From the human T2T-CHM13v2.0 reference genome, Homo sapiens, in assembly GCF_009914755.1 (NCBI RefSeq), contig NC_060932.1: a stretch of 64,000 bases of DNA; one strand, given 5' to 3'. The notes beneath the pieces were generated by a model. It saw only the letters and a program-made list of their open reading frames with translations, was not told the DNA's origin and made no database searches. Shown here one piece after another: positions 1 through 17,251 of this stretch; the first letter of the stretch is position 1, and every line of letters begins with the position of its first letter. The translations under genes and the position numbers were made by a program.

Positions 1-1838
1 TGGTGGCCCTTTGGTTCCAGGTTGAAACTGCCCATGTGGTGCTGATTTAGCAGACTGGGGAGGCTCTTTTTGTAGGCAGGTTCTTTTCTTTCCCCAGCTG
101 CTGGACCTGGGAGTTGGAAGAGAAGTTGCACCCATTTTAGGGGTAACAGATATTTTCTGGTGCTCTTGGTTGGATTGGGAAGTGAATTGAAGGGAGGTCA
201 CGTTTCAGGGGTGCCTTGGGATGTCTGTCAGTGATTTTCTTTTCTTTCTTAATTTCTTTTTCTTTCTTTTTTTTTTTTTTTTGAGACACACTCCCTCTAT
301 CGCTCAGGCTGGAGTGCAGTGGTGCGATCTCGGTTCACTGCCACCTCCGCCTCTCATGTTGAAGCAATTCTCCTGTCTCAGCCTCCCTCCCAAGTAGCTG
401 GGATTGCCAGTGCCCATCACCACACCTGGCTTTTTTTTTTTTTTTTGTATTTTTAGTAGAGACGGGCTTTCACCATGTTAGCCAGGCTGGTTTTCGAACT
501 CCTGATCTCAAGTGATCCGCCTCAGCCTCCCAAAGTGGTAGGATTACAGGCATGAGCCACCGCGCGGTGGAGGGGTAATTTTCTTAAATCTGGTAATGAG
601 TTGTGGTTGTGTAGAGTAACATACCGTCCTTTCGAGATATGGACTGAAACATTGAGAGGGAGGAGTTACAGGTATGCCGATTCTTCTTTTCTCTCTCTCC
701 TTTTTTTTTTTGAGGTGGAGTCTGACTCTCTCACCCAGGCTGGAGTGCAGTGGCAAGATCTCAGCTCACTGCAACCTCCGCTTCCTGTGTTCAAGCCATT
801 CTCCTGCCTCAGTCTCTCAACTAGCTGCGATTACAGGCATGTGCCTCCACACTCAGCTAATTTTTTTATTTTTAGTAGAGATTTTTTGTCTCTCCTAAAA
901 AAATCCAATGTAAAAAAATCCCAATGTGGGGGTTTTGCCACGTTGGCCAGGCTGGTCTCGAACTCCTGACCTCGTGATCCGCCCACCTCGGCCTCCCAAA
1001 GCGCTGGGATTACAGGTATGAGCCACTGCGCCCAGTCTGCTGCCTCTTTTCAATGGTCTGGCCTAAGGAAATTATTGGAAACATGTGCGGTTGAGTGATA
1101 TTTACTGGGCACTTCCACATGGTCCATGTAAAGGGAGATGGTTGGGGTGACAGGCAGTTGAGTCTAGGGGAGGCATGTACAGATGTGCTGTGCCTCTGGG
1201 ATATCAGGGTGGCAGGCAGCAGTCTCTACGTCTGGTCCCAGGCTGCCTGAGAAAGAGCATGTGGGAGGCAAACCTTGCGCCCTGGCATGGTTGTTAATGT
1301 TTATATTTACCCTAGCTTGTGTGGGGTAGGAGGTTTAGGGATCAAATTCCACTCTGTGTTTAGACATTTTTTTCTTTCTTTTTTTTTTTGAGACAGAGTT
1401 TCACTCTGTCACCCAGGCTGGAATGCCGTGGCACAATCTCAGCTCACTGCAACCTCACCTCCCAGGTTCAAGCAATGTTCCTGCCTCAGCCTCCGGAGTA
1501 GCTGGGATTAGAGGCATGCACCACCATGCCTGGCTAATTTTTGTATTTTTAGTAGAGACCTCAAATGATCTGCCCGCCTCGCCTCCCAAAGTGTTGGGAT
1601 TACAGGTGTGAGTCACTGTGCCCAGCCATGTGTTTAGACTTTTAACTAATCTCTTTTTTAGTTTCAAGCCTTATCGTCCGCCTCTGTAGACCACTCCTGT
1701 GCCTGTTTCCTGATCCTTCCAAGGGCCATTGTATTCCCTGTCTGCTGCCCCTCTTTTGGATTCTTCTGCACATTTTTTTGTTCATGCATTCATTCATTTA
1801 TTGTTTGATTAATGACAGGGTCTTGCTTTGTCTCCCAG

Positions 1839-1926
1839 GCTGGTGTGCAGTGGTGCGACCACGGCTCACGGCAGCCTCAGCCACCCAGATGTAAGCGATC
1901 TGGTTCCCACCTCAGCCTCCCGAGTA
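1839..1926 (+). other. CTSB: CTSB alternative non-coding 5'UTR exon ('exon 2', 88 nt), exonised from an antisense Alu
   Basis: Acceptor ttgtctcccAG (1837-1838) and perfect GTAAGT donor (1927-1932) inside an antisense Alu. The 88-nt length and sequence match the Alu-derived CTSB exon 2 as I recall it. Confidence 0.85.
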
Positions 1927-2630
1927 GTAAGTAGCTGGGACCACAGGCGGTGCCCAGGTTTTTTTTTTTTTTTTTTTTTTTTCGTTTGTAGAGACAGGGT
2001 CTCACTGTTGCCAGGACTGCTCTGAAACTCCTGGTTTCAAGTGATCCCCTTGCCTCCTCCCACTTAGGCCTTCCAAATGCTGGGATTACAAGGCATGAGT
2101 CACCTCCAGGCCTTTTTGTACTTTTAAAACTCTGCATCAGTGTATAAACAATGTTATTAAAGTTTATATGACTTCAGTTACACTACATGGATCCTTTTTC
2201 ACTCACGGTTGTGAGATTTATTTCTGTTGCTACATCCAGTTCTAGTCCATTTGTGTTAAGTGCCCAGTGTGTTTATCTACTGAGGGACAGTTATGTTATT
2301 TCGTGTTCACTATTATCCCATGCTACAATAAATATCCTGTGTCTCCCAGATACTTAGAAGAGTTTCTGCAGGGCACATGTGGGAGAGTTTGTTTCTGGGT
2401 CATGAGGTGTGTTCATCTTCCATCTTGCTAGATGCTGGCAAAGGGTTCTCCAGTGTGGTTGCATCAATTTACTCGCCCAGCAGTGTGCAGAGTTCCTGTT
2501 CCTCACATTTACCAACACTAGATAGTACCAGACTTTGATTTTTGCCAATCTGATGGGTTTGAAGTGGTACCCCTGTTTTAATTTCATGACCAGAAATTCA
2601 AATTTAATCTTTGCTGTAGGACAACAGTAA

Positions 2631-2770
2631 CCCACTTATGCCTAGTGTTCCATTATTAGAACGCTAAGCATGTGGGAGTTTTTACATCATACTGCTCAAG
2701 GTCATCGCCAAGGTCTGATGTTTTTACTCGTGCAAAAATTTAAAAAATTGCAACCTCTGGCATAAATGGG
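2631..2770. mobile_element. MER85 piggyBac (PGBD3-family) MITE, 140 bp
   Basis: Terminal inverted repeats CCCAcTTATGCC...GGCATAAATGGG; decayed TTAA flanks (GTAA and TTGA); internal palindrome GTTCCATTATTaGAAC. Confidence 0.85.
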
Positions 2771-2774
2771 TTGA

Positions 2775-2948
<174 letters not shown>

Positions 2949-4053
2949 TGAGTAGCTGGGATTACAGGCGTGTGCCACCACGCCCAGCTAATTTTTGTAT
3001 TTTTAGTAGAGACGGGATGTCACTATGTTTGTCGGGCTGGTGTTGAACTCCTGAGCTCATGATCTGCCTGTCTTGGCTTCCCTAAGTGCTGAGATTACAG
3101 GCCTGAGCCACCGCTAGCCTATTTATTTTTTATTTTAAATTTTAATTTTCTATATAGAGACGAGGTCACTATCCTGCCCAGGCTGGTCTTAATCTCCTGG
3201 GTTCAGTCAATCTTCCCACCTTGGCCTCCCGAAGTGTCAGAATTATAGATGTGAGCCACTGTGCCCAGCCCAGAACTGATGTTTTCTAAATGCTGGGTGC
3301 TGAGAAGGATGTGTGGCTGGCAGTCTTGACTGTGTTATCTGTCTTTACCAGGCCAGTAACTTCTTTGGTCTGGTCATCAAGATAATCTAGCATCACCAGC
3401 AAGCATGCATGGAGAAGGATGGGCCCAATGTGGCCAAGATGGTAACGGGACCAGTAGAGAGCCCTGTAGAAGACATCTAGATATTCTGCCCTAAGAGCCC
3501 GGAGGGCCGGGCTGTCTCATGACCCTCTGACGTGCTGACCTGGACTCTGGCAGAATGTGCACACACACAGTCACACAGCTTCGTGGCTTGCGCAAGTCCC
3601 AGGAGGGCGGTGCCAGCCACAGGCTTTTCCCATTCGAGGGTTGGAAGCGTATCATCAAACCACATCAGAGTGCTGGGGGCCACCTGCCACCCATTCCCAA
3701 CCCACTCAGCCTTCCTGGTGTTTGGGACATGCTTTGCTTTGGCAGTCAAGACAGCAGAACAAATCAACTTTTAAGGCCTTGTCACTGATAGTACAATTTC
3801 CATTATTTTTCATCCAAATTAGGATACTTCTGAAAATAGAAATGATGACTCTGGGATGCAAACGTTGGCTGTCCTATGTATAAGGAGATGGCTTTTCACG
3901 CTCCCAGTGACTGAGGAAGTTTCTCCCAGATGGCGCTGCTCTGAGCCTGGTGCAGGGTAGGCACTTTCAAAAGAGTGTCTCCTTGTATCTTCCATCAGCC
4001 TTGCGAGATGGGTATCTGTTCCCAGGGCCCCAAGGGAGGAAAACAGGACCTAG

Positions 4054-4376
<323 letters not shown>

Positions 4377-4821
4377 AGAGCTAGGCCTTTCTGTGGCTGG
4401 CCTTCGCGTCAGCCTCAACTACCCTGGTGTAATCTCGCCTGCGGTTGAATTAGGGAACCGCCGTGTTCTGCAAGCTGGAGAGGCAGAACACTAATGAGCA
4501 GAACACTAATCTCATTGCAATCTCAAAGGATCTCTAAAAGCTTTTATAAAGCAGGCCCAAGGTCCTTTGGTATCCGATGCAGACGTGGTGAATGCATTGG
4601 CTCTGTCAGCATCTGAGCAAGTCAGTAACAGAAATGGGGAGTAAAAGCTTTCAGAACTTTCCAGAATATTGACTAAATTGTCTTGTTTACAACCAACAAC
4701 GACAACAAAAAATAACTGCTGAGGGCCTTCGTAGTGTCTGCTGTTTCAAGTGTACAGTAGTCATTTTGTCTGCAGGATGTGGGGTTGCTGTGGCTGACCT
4801 TGTACAATATTCCACTCATAG

Positions 4822-4940
4822 GTGTCTTCAGGCCTATGGAGAGCAGCTTGCGTGGGCTGGGCCTGCAGTACCTGGTTTGCATAGATGATTGGCAGGTGGG
4901 CAGCACGGGGAAGGACCTGTGAGTGGCCAACCTGGTTCAG
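4822..4940 (+). other. CTSB: CTSB alternative non-coding 5'UTR exon 2a/2b (74 nt using donor at 4896; 119 nt using donor at 4941)
   Basis: Acceptor ccactcatAG (4820-4821); donors CAG|GTGGGC and CAG|GTGAGG. Matches recalled CTSB 5'UTR variants. Confidence 0.7.
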
Positions 4941-5678
4941 GTGAGGGAGGTGGAGTGGGGCTTCTCTGCTTCCCCTGGTTCCCTGGAAGCCTCCAAGGCT
5001 GGTGAGCATCACTGCTGCCTCTGCACACCTGTGTGCTGGGTGGGTTTTCTGACAGGTTTTCAGTTGCTTCGGGGCTACAGCTGCAGGGAGCCTGCTCCAT
5101 GGGACAGATGGGCCTCTGGTGCCCGTTCATCAGGGGACTGATGAGACCGAGGCCTGAGAGCCCTTTGGATTTTGTTTTTGTCCTTAATTTAATCATAAGC
5201 CAAGAATCTACTAAACACAGTTCCATTAGGGGCAAAGACGTAACACATCAGAGGCCACAGCAAGGCTGTGATTCATACTCAGAAAGGAAAGGTCTCTGGG
5301 TCACAACAGAGCATAGTTGAGGTCAGCACACTCCCACCCAGTGCAGGGCTGCTCCAGCATTGAGGTGTGTCTGGCAGGTTGAAGTAGGGGAAGATGAAAC
5401 TCGCCGAAGTCTTGTTTTGTGGTTGCACTTAAGTGGTCAAAACTTCAGGAGCAACTGCCGTTATTAGCGGTGAGTGCCAAGACTAGTTTTTATAGAAGAG
5501 AAAGAAACAAAGTACTCTGGGAAGGTCTTACTGAGCCTTCACAGTCTCCCCACCTTTCCACTGTTCCCGTGCTCTTAGCCGCTCTGCTGGCCTATAAGGC
5601 ACAGTCTTCATTTGTGGCTTCTGGCAAAATGTAAGCACTTGACTTTTGTTTTTGTTTTGTTTTGTTTTGTTTTTTTGA

Positions 5679-5840
<162 letters not shown>

Positions 5841-6181
5841 TAGTAGAAATGGGATTTCACCATGTTAGCCAGGCTGGTCTCGAACTCCTGACCTCAGGTG
5901 ATCCACCTCCTTGGCCTCCCAAAGTGCTGGGATTACAGGTGTGTGCCACTGTGCCCGGCCAACTTTCAATTCTTTAGAGCTGACTATGAGAGGAGCCAGC
6001 AGTATAGCCACAGCACCAACGAATGAGGAAGAGCAAAATACTGCATGACAGCTTTGCTAAGAATTCTTTCACTTTTTTTGTCTATCAGCCAGGAGCTAGC
6101 AACTTGGCTTATTTGGAAATTTTAAGTGTACATATCCTGTCTCCTTAAATCCTTTACAGATTTAAAGTGCAGTCTACCTGA

Positions 6182-6840
<659 letters not shown>

Positions 6841-7715
6841 TGAGCTTGGTGGCAGCCCAAAACTGATTCTTTAAGGGTGTCAGGACTTAACACCTCCTGT
6901 GACTTAGCCGCACCTCCTCTCCTTTGACTTTCATTCCACCTCCTTCCAGGATCGCAAGGTCCCTATTTGTCCTGGAAACGGCTTCAAGGTAGTCTAGGGT
7001 GCCGTTTGCCGGGGGAGGAAGGTGCTCTGGTTGATAGAGTCGCCTGGCCGCACACTCTTTTTGGCACATAACAACGTTCTACAGAGCCGGGGTGGAGCGT
7101 GCTTTCTCATAAGTGCTCTGCAGGTTTGGAGAGAGAGGATATGAGGAGCACCCTTTTCTGTTTTTTTTAACCCAAAGATTAGCTTGGAAAAGGGGCAGAG
7201 GGGTGCACTGGAACTCAGGTCTGCCTAAGCAGCACAGCAGACCAAGGTCTAGAGATGACATCTGCTCGCAGCTGTTCTTCCACCAGCCCGCATCCTGGAA
7301 AGGGGTCTTGTGGCACACAAGAGTTCACATCCTTCCCTGGTGAAATAAGGACTTTGTGTTCATCATCTCTTGTAAGAAGCAGAGCAGAAAGCACAGAATT
7401 AAGAAATAAAAGGGAAGTGGGTGCCTATATAAAGGGAAGTGAAAATGGGTTGCTGTCCCATGCAAAGACCCTGGAAAGCTGTTAACAGCTCAGCTTGTCA
7501 CTTTCACCATCTGCATTTGTCCAGAGTGATTGAGATTTGCGTTGTTGTGGAGAGAAAGGCGCCTGTTGCACAATGGAGTGAGATTGCCACTGCTGTCAGG
7601 ACCTCTGTGTTTGGCTTGACACTTTTTGAGTTCTCAGCAGTCTCGGGACCCTCAAGAGTGGAAGCATTTTTGGATGTTAAATGCTGGGGTTAATTGAAGT
7701 TAAGAGCTTGTTTTA

Positions 7716-8047
<332 letters not shown>

Positions 8048-10365
8048 CTATTGGAATAGGTTTAGTGTGAACTGAGAGCTAGAAGTGTTAGAGGAGAGAG
8101 GGAGGGAACAGAGCCCGCTGGAGCGAGTGCCCTTCCTACCTTATCACTGCATGCCAGGCATGTGCCGGCGCTTTGGTCCTCCTCATTTCATTCTTGACTG
8201 CCACCTGAGACACGATGGTTACTAGCTCCATTTTATAGGTGGTGAAACTGAGGCTTGGGGAAGGTCAGACCCCAAGGGTGCCATTTAGTCAGTGGCAGAG
8301 CCAGATCCAAATGCAGGTCTCCTGACTCCAAGTGCAGGGCTCATTTTATCGTCCGGTTGCAGCACGCTGGCGGCCCCTTGACCCCAACCTGGATACCATA
8401 GGGGAGGAGCAGAGAAGCCAGGAACACCACAGCCCTGGGCCAAGGTGCGGGGCTGAAAGAACTTCCCAGCGCTCAGCCTGGGACTAGTGGAATGGGCTGG
8501 GCCCTGGGGCTGGCAGCGGTGGCCCCGGGGAGCCTGGGAATGAGTAGGGAGCACAGGGAGGTGTGGGAGGGCCTGGGAACCATGAAAAGGAGGGCGGGTG
8601 CAGGGAAGTCGCCTGCTAGTGAAGTGGCGAGGGGGCCCTGTGGGACTCCAGGGAATGGCCACGGCAGGTTGTCCTCCAGGAGTTGAGAGCCACTGGACAT
8701 GGCAGCTGCCAGTGTTCTCAGCCACCACAGTAACCAAAGAAATCTTGGTTTTAAAATTCAAGTTGCCATGGAAACGCTCCCATCCTCGACTTGGCTTATT
8801 ATTTAAAATAACATCTCTACAGCACAAAGCCCCCGGGTACATCCAAGGACACTGCTGTCTGCCCACGAGACATGCTAACCTCACAGTGTGGAGGCTGTGT
8901 GGGTCACTGACATGCATGGCCACGTGAGACGCTGCCTACCCACGAGTCACGGAAAAGGGGAAGATTATTAAGAAAGTCACTAGGGGCCAGGTCCAGTGGC
9001 TCATGCCTGTAATCCTAGCACTTTGGGAAGCTGAGGCAGTTAGATCCCTTGAAGCCAGGAGTTCAAGACCAGCCTGGCCAACATAACGAAACACGGACTA
9101 TACTACAAAAATTAGCCAAACGTGGTAGCACAGGCCTGTAATCCCAGCTACTCAGGAGGCTGAGGCACAAGAATCACTTGAACCTGGGAGGTAGAGGTTT
9201 CAGTGAGCCAAGATTGCGCCACTGTACTCCAGCATGTGCCACAGAGCGAGACTCCCATCTCAAAGTCACTAGGGAGGAAGCCTCATTGGTGGGAAGGAAG
9301 ACCAAATTGGAAATGCTCTGAGGAATCATTAAAACAAATGTCCTTTTATCAGTTTGGTGGCTCAGGGCCTTTAGTAATACTGCCAACTATTTTTCCTAGA
9401 AGAAACAAAACTGAAATAATAGGAACATACTCACTTTTTTTTTTTCTTAAAAGTAAGGGTATGTTGTGAAAAAAAGTCTCCCCACCGTAGTGACCGACTG
9501 CCGTACATCTTCCTTGGCATTTTGCATGTAGTGGCAGGAGTGTTCCTACATGTGTAGATTGCTGAGAGGGTCAGATGCTTATGGTCCTCAGTCACCCACA
9601 GCTTGCTTTTTCCCCACTTAACATTGGGACTTGGGGCATTTTTACTCTGTTAATACAATAGAATTCACTTCAACTAGTTGGTTTTTTACTTTTATTTTAT
9701 TATTATTATTTTTAGATGAAGTCTCAATCTGTCGTCCAGGCTGGAGTGCAGCCTCTGCCTCCTGGGTTCAAGTGATTCTACTGCCTCAGCCTCCCAAGTA
9801 GCTGGGATTACAGGCATGCGCCACCACGCCTGGCTAATTTTTTGTATTTAGTAGATACAGGGTTTCACCACCTTAGTCAGGCTGGTCTCTAACTCCTGAC
9901 CTCAGGTGATCCAACCGCCTCGGCTACAGGCATGCGCCACCGTGCCCCACCAACTAACTGCTTTTTTAATGGTTGCTTCATATTCTATTTAACCACTTAC
10001 CGTAATTTAACAGTTACTCTGTTATTGGATACTTGATTCATTTCCAGGACATGCAGATTTAGAAACTGGTGGGCGTTGCTGGTTGATGTCTCGGTGGTTG
10101 TGCCCACCCACCCCAGGCACTCATTATCATGCCTTCCGTTTCCCCACTTCCTAAGCCCTGCAAGAAGTGCCAAACTGTCCAGCCCTTGCCAATCTGATAC
10201 ATGCTGAATACCTCCTTGATTTTATCTGCACCTCCCTGAGGTTGAACTTATTTTACTTTATTTTATTTTATTTTTGAGGCAGAGTCTCACTGTCACCCAG
10301 GCAGGAATGCAGTGGTGAAATCTTGGCTCACTGCAATCTCCACCTCCTGGGTTCAAGTGAGTTGA

Positions 10366-10563
<198 letters not shown>

Positions 10564-11044
10564 TGAACTTATTTTTATCTGTGTTGGCCATTTGTAGTTT
10601 TTCTATTATGCTGGTTCCATTTTTCTGACTTTGAAGAGCCTTTTGTGGAAATGAAGCCTAAAGTATATGTGAGTACTGCTTTGTTTCGTCAGTTTTTGTT
10701 TTAAAGAGACTTTTCAGTGTAATGCAAGCATTTTCCCTTGAAGGCTGTGTTTCCTGTCAATCCTAAGCTTTCCTCCAGCATTACCTTTTTAAAAAACTTT
10801 ATTTTCTATATTGATGGGGTCTCACAATGTTGTCCAGGCTGGTGTTGAACACCTGGCCTCAAGTGATCCACTTGCCTTGGCCTCCCAAAGTACTGGGATT
10901 ATAGGCATCAGCCACCGCACCCAGCCTGTTTTTCAAAGGGCATTGATTTTTTTCATAAAACTTTTTAAATTAAGATCTGTGGGCCTGGTGCGGTGCCTCA
11001 CGCCTGTCATCGCAGCACTTTGGGAGGCTGAGTCAGGTGGATCA

Positions 11045-11382
<338 letters not shown>

Positions 11383-12846
11383 CTAGGTAACGCTGATTCC
11401 TCCACGGAGGATGTGCTTCTGAGTGGTCCGTTGGGTGCTGTGCTGATGAGCATCACCCAGCATTTTACGACACATGTGCTGCCCCAGAGGGCTGGGCTCC
11501 CGTCAGAGCTCTTTTCCACTGGCTGGGTGCGGTGGCTCACACCTGTAATCCCAGCACTTTGGGAGGCTGAGGCCAGTGGATCACCTGAGGTCAGGAGTTC
11601 GAGACCAGCCTGGCTAACATGGTAAAACCCCATCTCTACTAAAAATACAGAAATTAGGTGCGTGTGGTGGCGCACACCTGTAATCCCAGCTACTTGGGAG
11701 GCTAAGAACCTGGGAGGTGGAGGCTGCAGTGAGCCAAGATTGTGCCACTGTACCCCAGACTGGGTGACATGGCCCACAGACCAAGACCCTGTCTCAAAAA
11801 AAAAAAAAAAGCTTTTTTCCAGAGCCATCTTGCTGTCCTCATATATTTATTCTCCTAGATGAATTGTTGCTTAAGCAACAATGAAGTTTAAATTGTTCTT
11901 CAGATAGAACCCCTAGGTGCCAGGCAGTTTGTTAAGCACTGACACCGCAGTCCTGTGACTTTCATGACGACCTGTGACCTGTGGGAGGTAGAACACCTCA
12001 CCCACCCGTGGGAGCCCCTGGAGTGACTGACAGGAACCCCTGCCTCACCCAGCTCCCCGCGCCGCGGCTCTCCCCAGCCCTGGATGCAGGCGCCCAGGAG
12101 ACATGTATTGCTTTTGTTGAGCTGCTCACTTAGGAGGGTGACTCAGAGTTCAAGCTGGAAAGCACTGGCTTGTGACTCATGAGCCAGTGCAAGATCAAAC
12201 GGCTGGGGCATCGAGGTGAGAGTTTTCCTTCTCAGAAGCCTCATCTCCGCAGCCGGAAGCAGAGCCCTTGGCTGACTGGAAAAACCAGAGAGGCCCCGGG
12301 AGTGGGTGGATGGCCAGCCCAGCCCCACCTCTCAGCCTCAACCTCCACCAGCCCACACCGAGCTTGTTTGTCTGTGTCCTGTCGAAACTAGGACTCCTGG
12401 ATTGTAACTTTTCTTACATTTCCCTGTCCCCTGGGTCCTCCACTTAGGGTGTAATCACACAGACAGGCTCTTAACTGTTTCATATCACTCACTTGGGAAA
12501 GTGTCTCAAGCTGTTCTACAAATCCATGCAAAGGCCGTTTAAAAATAGCAGCGAAGGCCCTGGACTCGGTCTTGTCCAGCACAGCCCCTTGGCTCTCTCT
12601 CTGGGCTCTGGCCGCCTGGCCCCCGGGGACCCACACGAGGTCATGGCGTGCTTCGGGCAGGGGGGCGGGGATCCCATAGACACCTCAGCTCCTTAAGAGT
12701 TCTCCGCCTGGGCCAGGACGAGCATGGGGGTCCCCACTGATGCCCGAGACAGTGCCCCTGTGTGTGTGAGCCCTCGACCCACATAACAGAGAGGTGTCCT
12801 GATGCCCTCTGTCCTCTCCAGGTGGATCTAGGATCCGGCTTCCAAC

Positions 12847-12972
12847 ATGTGGCAGCTCTGGGCCTCCCTCTGCTGCCTGCTGGTGTTGGCCAATGCCCGG
12901 AGCAGGCCCTCTTTCCATCCCGTGTCGGATGAGCTGGTCAACTATGTCAACAAACGGAATACCACGTGGCAG
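12847..12972 (+). CDS. CTSB: Cathepsin B coding exon 1 (signal peptide and start of propeptide, aa 1-42); exon begins at 12822
   Basis: MWQLWASLCCLLVLANARSRPSFHPVSDELVNYVNKRNTTWQ; acceptor AG at 12820-12821; donor GTAGGC at 12973. Confidence 0.99.
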
Positions 12973-13605
12973 GTAGGCTGTGGGGCTGCGTCCTATGTAT
13001 GTCCCCTCCCAGGTCGGTCTGTGCACACTGACTCCAGGAATGGGAAGCCAGCCCTCACTGTGGCCCACAGAACATTGTCCTGGACTGTTGAAAAATGGCC
13101 CTGACCCTGAGTCATGTCGGCTCTGGACCACGCCTCCCTCCTTTGTCCCATACCCCACGTGTGTGCATGAGTGTGTGTGCATGTGTATGAATATATGGTT
13201 GTGTGCACGTGGAGGTGTGTGGGGGAGTAAGTGAGCTTCGGAAGTGTTCAAAACCAGCTAGCCCCTGTGACGCCCGCCGTGGCACAGTGGCAGTTTATCA
13301 GTCCCGCCCCTGATTCCCTTTGTCTCTGCCCAGCCCTGACCCTCGGACTGAGAACCAAGAATGAGGAGTGAGCCATGTTGAGGGCTGGAGAGGGTCTCTG
13401 ATTGTCAGCAAATGGGAGCAGATCAGGGGAGACACCCACTCTGCCCGTGTGTCACTCTGGGCTGTTCCCCAGTGCCCCCCAACCCTTGGGCCCTTGAATT
13501 GGGTAGGGCCTCTGGTTTTCCCTGGGTTGGGCTTCGTGTGTGGGCAGCGTGCCCATCCACCGCCATCCCGGGAGACCCTTCAGTCAGTGGGTGACTCTCT
13601 TCCAG

Positions 13606-13691
13606 GCCGGGCACAACTTCTACAACGTGGACATGGGCTACTTGAAGAGGCTATGTGGTACCTTCCTGGGTGGGCCCAAGCCACCCCAGAG
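13606..13691 (+). CDS. CTSB: Cathepsin B coding exon 2 (propeptide, includes Met52)
   Basis: AGHNFYNVDMGYLKRLCGTFLGGPKPPQ(R); 86 nt; tccAG and GTGAGT boundaries. Confidence 0.99.
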
Positions 13692-13768
13692 GTGAGTGCC
13701 TGCTCCTCTGCACCGCTGTAATGTGAGTGGCAGGCGTTGGTTTGGGGCAGTGGGAAGTGGGAGAGTGA

Positions 13769-16978
<3,210 letters not shown>

Positions 16979-17020
16979 TAAAAGCTGAGTTTGAGCCCCA
17001 GGAGCGTCCCCTGGTGTTGA

Positions 17021-17251
<231 letters not shown>

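Noticed and set aside
8285-8923. 212-aa minus-strand ORF (and similar ORFs at 12685-13251 and 21108-21668)
   Set aside because: GC-rich antisense frames with no recognisable domain or splice support; likely chance or shadow ORFs.
8918-8930. CACGTG E-box as a TFEB CLEAR site
   Set aside because: Only a partial match to GTCACGTGAC, and a single hexamer is expected by chance.
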